DNA from: an uncultured Myxococcales bacterium
GTDB taxonomy: Bacteria; Myxococcota_A; Bradymonadia; UBA4248
DNA length: 64,000 nucleotides
Reading direction: 5' to 3'
Assembly (NCBI GenBank): GCA_964454015.1
Contig: CAYVQF010000001.1
Span: forward strand, 192,053 to 256,052
Shown: piece by piece, positions 10,222 to 21,111 of the stretch
Numbering within the stretch: position 1 is the first letter of the stretch
Layout of the letters: each line of letters opens with the position of its first letter
Notes under the pieces: model-generated
Told to the model about the DNA's origin: nothing
What the model saw: only the letters and a program-made list of their open reading frames with translations
Database searches by the model: none
Translations under genes and position numbers: made by a program

Positions 10222-11360
10222 TTACATGCCCTTGCCGAGGAAGTCCTTGATGGATTGTAAGATGCCGTCGCGGTTTTTGATTTCGCTGAGGACCAGGCGT
10301 TCTTCAGCGGAGAAGTGCTGACGGAGATCTTTGATGAATTGACCGGAACCGTAGGGGCTCTCGACTTGGCCATAGGCGAACATGTTCGAGGCGGGGATGA
10401 GGGCCTCTTTGAGGATTTTCATGCACACGCCCGTATCATCCACGGACCAGTTGTCGCCATCGGAGAAGTGAAAGGGGTAAATGTTCCACATCTCGGGCGG
10501 ATACTCTTCCTCGATGATCTTCATGCACACTTTGTAGGCGCTGGAAATCATGGTTCCACCCGACTCACGGGTGTGGAAGAAGGTGTCGCGATCGACCTCA
10601 CGGGCGCTGGCGTCGTGGATGATGTAGCGACTCTCCAGGCCCTTGTATTGGCTGCGGAGCCAGGTGTCGATCCAGAAAGACTCCATGCGGACGATCTCTT
10701 TCTGCTCATTTCCCATCGAGCCCGAGACGTCCATCATGTAAATGATGACGGCGTTGGAGTAGGGGACGTTTTTCTCGACCCAGCCGCGATAGCGTTTGTC
10801 GTCGCGAATGGGAACGACCAGCGGGTTCTGCGGATCGTAGATGCCGCTCGAGACCATTCTTTTGAGGGCTTGCTTATAGGTGTGCTTGAAATGGCGCAGG
10901 CTCTCGGGGCCGATGCGGCGGAGGCCCGTATAGCGCTCTTTGACGGTCTCGAGTTTCTCTGTGCCCTTGGGCTCGATGCGGGGCAGGTGGAGCTCTTCCC
11001 CCATGATTTCAGCTAGTTCTTGAAGAGAGACCTCGACGTCGAGCCCGTGATCGCCCGGTTCACTGCCCGCTTTTCCCGCGCCGGGTTGCCCCTGCTCATC
11101 GCCATCTCCACCTAGGGAGTCACCGACTTCGCCTTCGCCTTGGCCGACTCCGCCAGTGTCTTTGGAGCCGAAGCGAAACCTGGGGATGTCGACCCGAGGG
11201 ATGGGGATGGTGACAAGGTCTTTTCCCTTGCGCCCGATGAGCTCACCGTTGCTCATGTAGCGCTTGAGGTTTTCCTTGATCTTGCCACGGATGACCTGCT
11301 TGAAGCGGCTGTGGTCCTGGCGGATACGATTGGCCTTGAGTTGCGACATAGCAAAACCGA

Positions 11361-11364
<4 letters not shown>
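10222..11364 (-). CDS. YeaH/YhbH family protein (DUF444)
   Basis: DUF444-like sequence with a vWA-like MIDAS motif (YMMDVSGSM). Its start overlaps the prkA stop by 4 nt. Confidence 0.9.
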
Positions 11365-13418
<2,054 letters not shown>

Positions 13419-13439
13419 TCTCCTCGATGATGAGGGGTA

Positions 13440-13471
13440 AGCAAACGCCCGTTACCATTGAGGTGCGTTTG
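13440..13471 (-). promoter_or_regulatory. 8-bp stem / 16-nt loop inverted repeat in the prkA 5' leader
   Basis: GCAAACGC (13440-13447) pairs with GCGTTTGC (13464-13471), 22-53 nt upstream of the prkA ATG. Function unknown. Confidence 0.25.
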
Positions 13472-13599
13472 CGTATGCACGGTACGGCCACGCGGCTCAG
13501 CGTATCGCAAAGGCGAAGCGCTGACAATGCCCGGGACCGTCACGAATCCCGTGCCGTGGCTGCAGGTTGAACGCGGAGGCGGGCGAAAGCGCCCCTGTC

Positions 13600-14130
13600 T
13601 CAGCCCGGTGGTCCCATGGGGGCGGGGCATGACGCCTCGATCCAAACCAACAACTGCGCCGTGTCCATGTTGAGCAGCACTGTCCAGGGCAGTCTGGCTG
13701 CGGCGAGGGCGTCGACGACACAAGCGCAGCCCACCACGTCGCCACCGCGGTAACAGGTCTCGAGCAGGGCGTTGCGCAGGTCGTCAGGCCAGCCTCCTTC
13801 CGCCGCGGCGCTCTGTTCGGCGCAAGTGCGGAGCAGGCCCATCAGCTCCTCCCCCGCCAATTGGCGCTCCCACTTTTCCCCCGGCGCTCGCTGTGCTTCG
13901 AGCAGCTCGAGCACACAGGCACACTGAGACTGGGGAGCGAAGTGCCCACAGGCTGCCACAAAGGCGCGCTCGCTTGGCGACGCCGGCGTTTCGGCAAGGG
14001 CGGGCGCGGCGATGGTGCCGCAGCACAGCAGAGCGATGGCCAACGCCACCCAAGCATGGGGCACAGCGAAGCGGCGCTTTTCAGCGGCAGCGGCGTCGTG
14101 TTCGACGTTTTTTGCTTTGGATCCACACAC
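13600..14130 (-). CDS. putative secreted Cys-rich protein, function unknown
   Basis: Signal-like segment AVPHAWVALAIALLCCGTIAAPALA followed by a Cys-containing helical region. The start is uncertain: GTG at 14130 is preferred, and the maximal ORF from ATG 14277 would leave only 15 bp to thyA. Confidence 0.4.
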   Translation of the reverse strand: MCGSKAKNVEHDAAAAEKRRFAVPHAWVALAIALLCCGTIAAPALAETPASPSERAFVAACGHFAPQSQCACVLELLEAQRAPGEKWERQLAGEELMGLLRTCAEQSAAAEGGWPDDLRNALLETCYRGGDVVGCACVVDALAAARLPWTVLLNMDTAQLLVWIEASCPAPMGPPG

Positions 14131-14292
14131 GCTGGGCGTTTCGCCTCTCTCGTCGGGGGTACAGCCCCGGTCACCTTGCTCGCTGGGCCCGAGCCGGATA
14201 TGGACATAGCCGGCAACGCGGCCGCCGTCTAGCCTGCGGGTGTGGGTGCGCTGGCGTCGCGACTTTTCGTCACCCACGACGGGCTAGGCCAG

Positions 14293-15072
14293 ATGAAGAC
14301 TTACCTCGATTTGGTTCGCACCGTTCTCGAGCAAGGGGAGAGGCGCCAGGATCGCACTGGGACGGGTACCCTGTCCATTTTCGGGGTGCAGGTGCGCTAT
14401 GATCTGCGCCAGGGCTTCCCTCTGTTGACGACCAAGAAGGTGCTCTTTCCTGCCGTCGTTCACGAGTTGCTGTGGTTTCTTCGCGGTGCGACCAACATCC
14501 ACCAAGGCTTGGCCGAGCACACCCCCATCTGGAATGCATGGGCCGACGAGAGGGGTGAGTTGGGTCCCATCTACGGCTATCAATGGCGCAACTGGGGGGG
14601 GCAAGGCATCGATCAGATCGCGGCGGCCCTGCGACTCATCGAGGAGGAGCCCAGCTCACGGCGCATAGTCGTCAGTGCATGGAATGTGAGTGATTTGCCG
14701 CGCATGCGGCTGCCTCCTTGCCACCTCCTCTTTCAGTTCCATGTGTGCGGGGAGCGCCTCGACTGCCAGGTTTACCAACGCTCAGCCGATTTGGCGCTGG
14801 GCGTTCCCTTCAACATCGCCAGCTATGCATTGCTGCTGTCGCTCATGGCCAAGTGGTCCGGTCTGGTGCCTGGTTTCTTGATCCATACGTTGGGAGACGC
14901 GCACATCTACGTCAACCACCGTGAGGGATTGGAGCGGCAATTGGCCCGTGAGCCCTTTCCCCTGCCGAAGCTGCGCTTGGCCGACGCCGGCCTCGACGCG
15001 CTTGCCTTCGAGCACATCGAGATCGTCGATTACCAACACCATCCCTTCATTCCCTTTGCCGTCGCAGTATGA
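14293..15072 (+). CDS. thyA: thymidylate synthase
   Basis: [31 protein letters not shown]..., with the catalytic PPCH motif. Confidence 0.95.
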   Translation: MKTYLDLVRTVLEQGERRQDRTGTGTLSIFGVQVRYDLRQGFPLLTTKKVLFPAVVHELLWFLRGATNIHQGLAEHTPIWNAWADERGELGPIYGYQWRNWGGQGIDQIAAALRLIEEEPSSRRIVVSAWNVSDLPRMRLPPCHLLFQFHVCGERLDCQVYQRSADLALGVPFNIASYALLLSLMAKWSGLVPGFLIHTLGDAHIYVNHREGLERQLAREPFPLPKLRLADAGLDALAFEHIEIVDYQHHPFIPFAVAV

Positions 15073-15614
15073 GCCAGCCGGGCCTCGAGATAGTGGTTGC
15101 TGTGGATTGCAACGGCGGTATTGGCCGTGAGGGGCGACTCCCCTGGCATCTGCCGGCGGACCTGGCCCAGTTCAGGCGGCTGACCACCGCGTGTAGCCTG
15201 CCAGGGCGGCGCAACGCCGTGCTCATGGGGCGCAAGACCTGGCTGTCTCTCCCCGCGGCCTTTCGCCCACTCCCGCGCCGCCTCAACGTCGTGGTGAGTG
15301 CAGGTGGCTTGGAGCTGAGAGCAGAGGAGGCCCTGCTGGCGCGATCCTTGTCGCAGGCGCTCGCGCAGGCCGACGCCTTGCCAGAGATCGAGCGACGTTT
15401 CGTCATTGGCGGCGCGCGACTCTATGCGGCGGCGCTGGCCGAAGCGCGCTGTGGCGTGGTTCACCTCACGCGTATCGATGCCGACTTTGCCTGCGATGTT
15501 TTTTTTCCGCCTCTGCCGCCGGCGTTCCAAGTGACGTGCTGCACTCCCTGGCAAGAGGACGCTGGCTATGCGCTGCGCTTCGAGACCCATCGGCGGATGT
15601 CTGATGGCGTGTAG
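15069..15614 (+). CDS. folA: dihydrofolate reductase
   Basis: [25 protein letters not shown]...MGRKTW motifs. ATGA overlap with the thyA stop. Confidence 0.9.
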   Translation: MSQPGLEIVVAVDCNGGIGREGRLPWHLPADLAQFRRLTTACSLPGRRNAVLMGRKTWLSLPAAFRPLPRRLNVVVSAGGLELRAEEALLARSLSQALAQADALPEIERRFVIGGARLYAAALAEARCGVVHLTRIDADFACDVFFPPLPPAFQVTCCTPWQEDAGYALRFETHRRMSDGV

Positions 15615-15733
15615 GGCGGGAACCGGGTCGACCGTGCGTGAGATCCCTTGATTGACAACGGGTCTTGCTGTTGTTAGATGAGACGTCCAGTGAGCCTGTT
15701 CTGGGTGCGTGCAGGATAGCATCGAGGTGAATT

Positions 15734-16456
15734 TTGTCTCTCACGGCCGCCCTTGAAGACTATTTGGAAACGATCTACCTGCTGTCGCGCGACGCGGCCG
15801 AGGTGCGGGTGCGCGATATCGCCAAGGCGCGTGACGTCAAAGCGTCGTCGGTGACACCGGCCCTGAAGCGTTTGGCCGAAGTGGGTCACGTGCGCTATGT
15901 CCAGCGCGAGCATGTGGCCTTGACCGAGCAGGGGGCGGAGGAAGCGCGGCGCATTTTGGCTCGGCATGAATTGTTGGCGCGCTTTTTTACCGAGATCCTT
16001 GGCATGGCGGAGGCGGCGGCGGAGCGTGAGGCCTGTGCCATGGAGCATTCCCTGAGCAACGAGGCGATGGACCGCCTGGTGCGCTTTTTCGAGCACCTGA
16101 CGGTTTGCCCCAAGGTGGCGACGTCGTTTCTCGAGACCTTTCGCGGCTGCTCGCGGGTTCACGCCGAGAAGCCTGCCTGTGAGGTGGCACGGTGTCCGGC
16201 CTCCCGCGATGTGGAGCAACACCTGATCGCGGCCAATCTCTACGAGCTCAAAGCAGGTTTCAAAGGACGCGTGCGCCAGATTCGCGCGCAAGGGGCGGTG
16301 CGGCAGCGCCTCCTCGACATGGGTATCCTCCCCAACACCGAGGTGACCATGGAGCGCAGCGCTCCTGGTGGTGACCCGATCTGGGTCAAGGTGCATGGTA
16401 CCCAACTGGCGCTGCGCAAAAACGAGGCGCTGTCGATCCTCATCGACTTCGTTTAG
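15734..16456 (+). CDS. DtxR/MntR-family metal-dependent transcriptional regulator with C-terminal FeoA-like domain
   Basis: N-terminus LEDYLETIYLLS...VRVRDIAKARDVKASSVTPALKRL (DtxR HTH). C-terminal FeoA/SH3-like segment (GFKGRVRQIRAQGAVRQRLLDMGILPNTEV). TTG start. Confidence 0.85.
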   Translation: MSLTAALEDYLETIYLLSRDAAEVRVRDIAKARDVKASSVTPALKRLAEVGHVRYVQREHVALTEQGAEEARRILARHELLARFFTEILGMAEAAAEREACAMEHSLSNEAMDRLVRFFEHLTVCPKVATSFLETFRGCSRVHAEKPACEVARCPASRDVEQHLIAANLYELKAGFKGRVRQIRAQGAVRQRLLDMGILPNTEVTMERSAPGGDPIWVKVHGTQLALRKNEALSILIDFV

Positions 16457-16465
16457 GCCGCGGCT

Positions 16466-16858
16466 CTATGCCTTGGGGGCTTCTTCGCCGGAGATGCCGA
16501 GCTCGGTCTGCAGAATTTCCTCGAAATAGTGTTGACCGCGGAGACCCACGACGCGCTCCACGACGCGCCCTTTGTCGAAGATGATGACCGTGGGCGTGCC
16601 GCGCACGCCCAGCTTGGCCGCCGATTTGGCGCTCTGGGTCGTGTTGAGGTGGGCGACCTTGACGCGGCCTTCATACTTGCATGCCAAACGTTTGATCGCC
16701 GGCGCGAGCTGGACGCAAGGTTGACAACCGTCGGACCAGAAGTCGACCAAGACGGGCAACTCCGAAGCCATCACCTCGGCGTGGAAGTTTTTGTCATCGA
16801 GGGCCACAGGGTCCTTCTCACAAGGTGCCGTCAAACCTAACCAATTCAATAATCCCAT
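16466..16858 (-). CDS. thioredoxin family protein
   Basis: VLVDFWSDGCQPCVQLAP active-site region (CxxC) and a thioredoxin-fold C-terminus (GVRGTPTVIIFDKG). Confidence 0.85.
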   Translation of the reverse strand: MGLLNWLGLTAPCEKDPVALDDKNFHAEVMASELPVLVDFWSDGCQPCVQLAPAIKRLACKYEGRVKVAHLNTTQSAKSAAKLGVRGTPTVIIFDKGRVVERVVGLRGQHYFEEILQTELGISGEEAPKA

Positions 16859-16906
16859 GTTATCCTCCGGGCGAACGAGACGTTAACGCAGTCCACGGCG
16901 CTGCGA

Positions 16907-17149
16907 TTAGGAACGGAAGGGGCAGGCGCCGGTGGCGCAGCCGCCGCTGCCAGGACACGAAGGCCCGGGGTGGGCTGCGGCCGCGGTCGTGCCGCCGGCG
17001 GCGGCGATGGCAAAAGTGGACAGGCGGCGCTTGGCGTCGCCACCACAGATGGGGCACGCCGCCGATGCCACCTCGTCAGTGCGTGCGCGTAGTTTCTCAA
17101 AGTCACGCTGACACGGTTCACAGTGGTATTCGTACAAGGGCATGGTCAC
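16907..17149 (-). CDS. FmdB-family zinc-ribbon protein
   Basis: MPLYEYHCEPC...CPICGG (CxxC_CxxC_SSSS-type). The start may be 17143. Confidence 0.8.
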   Translation of the reverse strand: MTMPLYEYHCEPCQRDFEKLRARTDEVASAACPICGGDAKRRLSTFAIAAAGGTTAAAAHPGPSCPGSGGCATGACPFRS

Positions 17150-17252
17150 ACTCCTGGTGAGAGGCCCAAGGATTTGCTGTGGGCCTGGCGACGCGAACGA
17201 GACGCAACGTAGTCACGCCAGGCCGACTGTCCAGGGTGAGAGTGGCGGCAGG

Positions 17253-19064
17253 TCACCGTTGTCTCAGCGCTCGCCGTGCCTCACAGCCGCGCTCGAGGCC
17301 GCGGCGGCAGGCCTCGGTGAAATAGAAGAGCGCTTGTTTGGTGTCGGCGGCGACGCCGCGCCCGTCGTAGAGGATCGCGCCCAGGTTGTAACAGCTCATG
17401 GCGTGATCTCTCTCGCAGGCATCTTGGAAGCGGCGGGCTGCGGCCTGAGGATCGTAGTCCACACCCCGGCCTTCGGCTTGGAGGGCGGCGTAGTTGCCGC
17501 AGGCCTCGGCGAGGCCTGCGTCACAGGTGCGCAAGAACAGCGCCGCAGCGCGGCTGTCATCTCGGTGCTCGTCGCGCGCGTTTGCCAACTGCAGCGCCAA
17601 GGCCAAACAGCCATCGGGCGTGCTAGGGTCGCAAGCCTCATCAGGGTTCGTTTCTGCTAGTGCCGTCTCCGCGGCGACGGGGGAAGGCGGCGCCGGAGCT
17701 TCAGCGGCAGGTGTTTCCGGTGTGCCGTCGCCGCCGCGGCTGAGGACGAGGGCGACTATTGCGGCACCGAGGATGAGAAGCAACGCGATCAGAGCGATCT
17801 GGCGTCGCCGTGAAGGCGTCGCCTCGACGGGCCGCGGCAGGGGGGCGACGGGCGGTGGGCGGAGCGCTGGGTTCGGACTTCGCCGTGGGTCGGCCAACTC
17901 CAAGGCAGGAGTTGGGACGTTGGTTTGGGGCCTGGTCGCTTGGCCAGCGCGAGGCGCGGGGGTGGGCGGGGTGCCAGGACCCGCCTGTGGAGAAGCCGAC
18001 GTGATTTCTGCGCCGAGGCTCGCATCGGGTCGTGGGCGTTCGACCTGCTGGACCGAGCTGAGCACGGGCGGCGCCGCGTCGGGCTCAACGGCAGCCACTT
18101 GCTCCCAAAACGCGGAGAGGGCAGCGTCATCGGCGCCAATGGCCAGCTCTGGTGTCTGGGGCGGGACGGCCGCCTTTGGAGCGGCAGGGGCCGCTACGAA
18201 ATCGATGGCGGACAGGGCTTGGTGGAAGGTCTCGGCCGAGTCAGGTCGCTGGCTTGGCTTGTCGTCCAAGGCTTGCACTAAGAGGCGATGCAGGGGAGGG
18301 TTGGCGAGAATGGCTGGTGGAAAGTCAATGGGGTGGGCGAAACGATGCGCCAAGATCTCCATGGTGTTGACGCCGGTGAAGGGCGAGCGCCCACACATGA
18401 GCTCGTAGGCCAAGAGGCCAACGGCGTAGATATCTGTGGCGGGTCCAGGGGATTCATTGAAGATCTGCTCGGGCGCCATGTAGCGCGGTGTTCCATGCGA
18501 GACATTGGTGCTCTGTGCCTGGGTGAGGTCCTGCAGAGCTGGGTCTTCCTCGGCGTTGATGGCTTTGCCGATGCCAAAATCGAGGACCTTGACATGGCAG
18601 GTGTCGGCCCCTGCCACGGTCAGCATGAGGTTCGCTGGTTTGAGATCGCGGTGGATGATGCCTTTTTGATGCGCAGAGATCAGGGCCGAGAGCACCTGCA
18701 GGATGATGTGCTTGACCATAGGCGGTGGGAGGGGACCACGCTCGGCGATGACCTGCGCTAAGCTCTGGCCGCGAACCAGCTCCATGGCCATCCACAACAG
18801 CCGCTCTCCTTCGACGCCAAAATCATAGAGGCGAACGATGTTGGGGTCTTCCAAGCGACGGATGAGGTCGACCTCGCGGAGGAAGCGCTGGCTGCTCAGA
18901 GGGTCGTTTTCCCGGGCCATGATGCACTTGATGGCGACCTCACGCTGGAGTTTCCCATGTTGAGCGCGATAGACCCTGCCGTAGCCCCCCTCCCCGATGA
19001 TAGCGAGAAGCTGATAATCACCGAGCCATTGTCCCACTTCTGGTGTGGGTTTGGGTGTGTGCAT
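17253..19064 (-). CDS. Ser/Thr protein kinase with TM segment and C-terminal Sel1-like repeats
   Basis: Hanks kinase motifs (GEGGYGRVY, VAIK, HRDLKPANL, DFG, TPRYMAPE). Pro-rich linker, TM (IALIALLLILGAAIVALVL), then Cys-flanked Sel1-like repeats. Confidence 0.9.
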   Translation of the reverse strand: MHTPKPTPEVGQWLGDYQLLAIIGEGGYGRVYRAQHGKLQREVAIKCIMARENDPLSSQRFLREVDLIRRLEDPNIVRLYDFGVEGERLLWMAMELVRGQSLAQVIAERGPLPPPMVKHIILQVLSALISAHQKGIIHRDLKPANLMLTVAGADTCHVKVLDFGIGKAINAEEDPALQDLTQAQSTNVSHGTPRYMAPEQIFNESPGPATDIYAVGLLAYELMCGRSPFTGVNTMEILAHRFAHPIDFPPAILANPPLHRLLVQALDDKPSQRPDSAETFHQALSAIDFVAAPAAPKAAVPPQTPELAIGADDAALSAFWEQVAAVEPDAAPPVLSSVQQVERPRPDASLGAEITSASPQAGPGTPPTPAPRAGQATRPQTNVPTPALELADPRRSPNPALRPPPVAPLPRPVEATPSRRRQIALIALLLILGAAIVALVLSRGGDGTPETPAAEAPAPPSPVAAETALAETNPDEACDPSTPDGCLALALQLANARDEHRDDSRAAALFLRTCDAGLAEACGNYAALQAEGRGVDYDPQAAARRFQDACERDHAMSCYNLGAILYDGRGVAADTKQALFYFTEACRRGLERGCEARRALRQR

Positions 19065-19305
19065 AGGTGACCCAACAAGCGCCGCTCGAGCGGGCCTTGC
19101 ATCAACGAAACGGCACCGATCGCGTCACTGTAGTGGCTCGAGTGCGGTGCGGCAAGCGCGATGCGCGACAGCGGTACTAAGGAAAAAGGCAGCATCGGAT
19201 TTGCAAAAGTGCACCGGAAGTGCTCCAATTCTGGGGCGGGATGGAAACACCTGAGTGTGGAGAGGGCACCTTCGCCCTGAGACAGTGAGCAATACGGAGG
19301 GTCCA

Positions 19306-20850
19306 ATGCAGTCTACTGACGTGAATGAAGCTCGTCCCCTTTTCCCCATGGCGCATCAACTGCACACCTGCATTTGGGAGCTGACCCTCGCCTGTAACCT
19401 TCAGTGCCGCCACTGTGGCTCCCGCGCGGGCAAGGCGCGACCTGCTGAGATGAGCTTGGAGAAGTGCATCGAGGTCGCGCGAGAGTTGGCGTCCCTCGGT
19501 TGTGCGCGAGTCACTTTGTCGGGCGGCGAGCCCACCCTCAAGCAGGGCTGGGAGGAGATCGCCGCGGCGCTGAGCCAGGGTGGGGTCTACGTCAACATGA
19601 TCACCAACGCGGCCTATGGCAGTCGCGCCGCGGCGATCGAGGTGGGGCGCAAGGCGTTGGCGGCGGGCATGGGCAACATCGGCGTCAGCCTGGACGGGAC
19701 GGAGGCCCTGCACGACGAGCTGCGTGGCGCAGGCGTTTTTGCCCAGACCCTGGAGAGCCTGGAGGCTTTCGCGACGGTGGGGCTCAAGACCGCGGTTTTG
19801 ACGACCATCACGGAGAAGAATTTTGAGGCGCTGCCGGAGATACGGCGCATCGCCATGGAAGCAGGGGCGCGGATTTGGCGTTTGCAGTTGGCTTTGCCCA
19901 TGGGCGTTTTGGAGGAGCAGCGCGCCTGGGTGATTCACCCGCGCCGCTTGGTGGAGTTGATGCCGCTATTGGCTGATTTGTCCCAGCAGAAAGGGATCAA
20001 GACCATGCTCTCTGACTCGGTGGGCTATTATGGTCCCTTCGATAGGGTTCTGCGTGGTGGCAAGCTGCTGTCACGACGCAGCACGTGGCGAGGTTGCCAG
20101 GCTGGTCTGAGGGTGATTGGCATCGAAGCCGACGGCGGGGTGAAGGGTTGCCTGTCGATGCAGGCGCCACGACCGCGAGGCGCGGACACAGCATCGGATT
20201 CATTCCGAGAAGGTAACCTGCACACGCAGTCACTGGCGGAGATCTGGGGCAACCCAGAGGCCTTCGCTTACAACCGGCGCTTCCAACTCAGCGCCTTGAA
20301 GGGGACCTGTGCGAAGTGTCGTTTTGCGGCGGTGTGCCGGGGAGGAGCCCGTTGTGTTGCGGCTGCCACAGGGAACACGTTGGCTGAGAACGCCTACTGC
20401 TATGCGGCTCAGACGGGTCTCTGGTACAAGCCGCCGACGGCTTTGCGCAACATGGCCGTGGGGGCCGCCGCGGCCATGCTGTTGTCTGGCGGTGCGATGC
20501 TGGGGTGTGACGATGAGGTGCGGCCTGCGCCATCAGACGTGCAGGATGGTGGCGCAGACCAGGATGTCATCGGTGTGGACGTGCTCTACGGACTGCCGGA
20601 AGATATGACGGATGTCCAGCCTCCCTATGGTCTGCCTGAAGATATCCAGCCTCCCTATGGTTTGCCCGATGATGTCGACGTGCTCTACGGCGTCCCCGAC
20701 GATCTGGACGATGGCATGGTCGATGTAGACGAGGTGGATATGCACCCGCTCTACGGAGTGGATGCCGAGGAAGGCGACGTGGAGCCGCCCTATGGTTTGC
20801 CCGAGGATATGGCGCCGGCCTATGGCCTACCCGACGATGTTGTCGATTGA
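19306..20850 (+). CDS. radical SAM/SPASM domain protein with C-terminal hydrophobic segment and acidic YG(L/V)P repeat tail
   Basis: CNLQCRHC rSAM motif and GGEPTL. SPASM Cys cluster CAKCRFAAVCRGGARC. GGAGG lies 7 nt upstream of ATG 19306. The tail is described under findings. Confidence 0.9.
   Translation: MQSTDVNEARPLFPMAHQLHTCIWELTLACNLQCRHCGSRAGKARPAEMSLEKCIEVARELASLGCARVTLSGGEPTLKQGWEEIAAALSQGGVYVNMITNAAYGSRAAAIEVGRKALAAGMGNIGVSLDGTEALHDELRGAGVFAQTLESLEAFATVGLKTAVLTTITEKNFEALPEIRRIAMEAGARIWRLQLALPMGVLEEQRAWVIHPRRLVELMPLLADLSQQKGIKTMLSDSVGYYGPFDRVLRGGKLLSRRSTWRGCQAGLRVIGIEADGGVKGCLSMQAPRPRGADTASDSFREGNLHTQSLAEIWGNPEAFAYNRRFQLSALKGTCAKCRFAAVCRGGARCVAAATGNTLAENAYCYAAQTGLWYKPPTALRNMAVGAAAAMLLSGGAMLGCDDEVRPAPSDVQDGGADQDVIGVDVLYGLPEDMTDVQPPYGLPEDIQPPYGLPDDVDVLYGVPDDLDDGMVDVDEVDMHPLYGVDAEEGDVEPPYGLPEDMAPAYGLPDDVVD
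20575..20847 (+). repeat. degenerate in-frame tandem repeat encoding seven [L/P/A]YG[L/V][P/D][E/D][D/E] units
   Basis: Recurring DNA unit of the form ccctatggtYtgccYgaRgat. Peptide units: LYGLPED, PYGLPED, PYGLPDD, LYGVPDD, LYGVDAE, PYGLPED, AYGLPDD. Confidence 0.85.
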
Positions 20851-20882
20851 GGTGACGCGGGCCACCTGAGGGGTGTGAATTC

Positions 20883-21032
20883 ATGATACAGCCGGGGATG
20901 AGCCTGGGGTCTATGCACTGCCAATGGGGCTGTGTTTGGGAAGGCGCTGTGCCTGCGACGCGCCTCGTGGATGGCTGCGAGGCTGGCGTTGCCGATGGTT
21001 GTGGTATGAGGGGAGCTTGGCACGGTCTTTGA
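20883..21032 (+). CDS. speculative 49-aa Cys/Trp/Gly-rich small ORF (possible peptide precursor)
   Basis: MIQPGMSLGSMHCQWGCVWEGAVPATRLVDGCEAGVADGCGMRGAWHGL. Begins 33 nt after the rSAM stop, with GAGGGG about 10 nt upstream. No homology evidence is available. Confidence 0.2.
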   Translation: MIQPGMSLGSMHCQWGCVWEGAVPATRLVDGCEAGVADGCGMRGAWHGL

Positions 21033-21033
21033 T
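21018..21033 (+). promoter_or_regulatory. possible sigma-54 (-24/-12) promoter upstream of the beta-propeller lipoprotein gene
   Basis: TGGCACGGTCTTTGAT against consensus TGGCACG-N4-TTGCW. Spacing is correct, but the conserved -12 GC is GA. About 80 nt upstream of ATG 21112. Confidence 0.2.
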
Positions 21034-21111
21034 GAGTCAGGTTGAGCAGTGCGTCGTTACCAAGCTGCGTATCCCATGCGCGGTGCTTTTGTTGCCGAGG
21101 AGGTGAAGGTC

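Noticed and set aside
13581-13594. GGGCG-AAAG-CGCCC hairpin just downstream of the 13600 stop as a Rho-independent terminator
   Set aside because: The stem is only 5 bp and no U tract follows on the minus strand, which is too weak to call.
20575-20847. Tandem DNA repeats considered as a CRISPR-like or non-coding repeat array
   Set aside because: The repeats are short, degenerate and in frame, with no unique spacers. They encode the YG(L/V)P peptide units of the rSAM protein tail.
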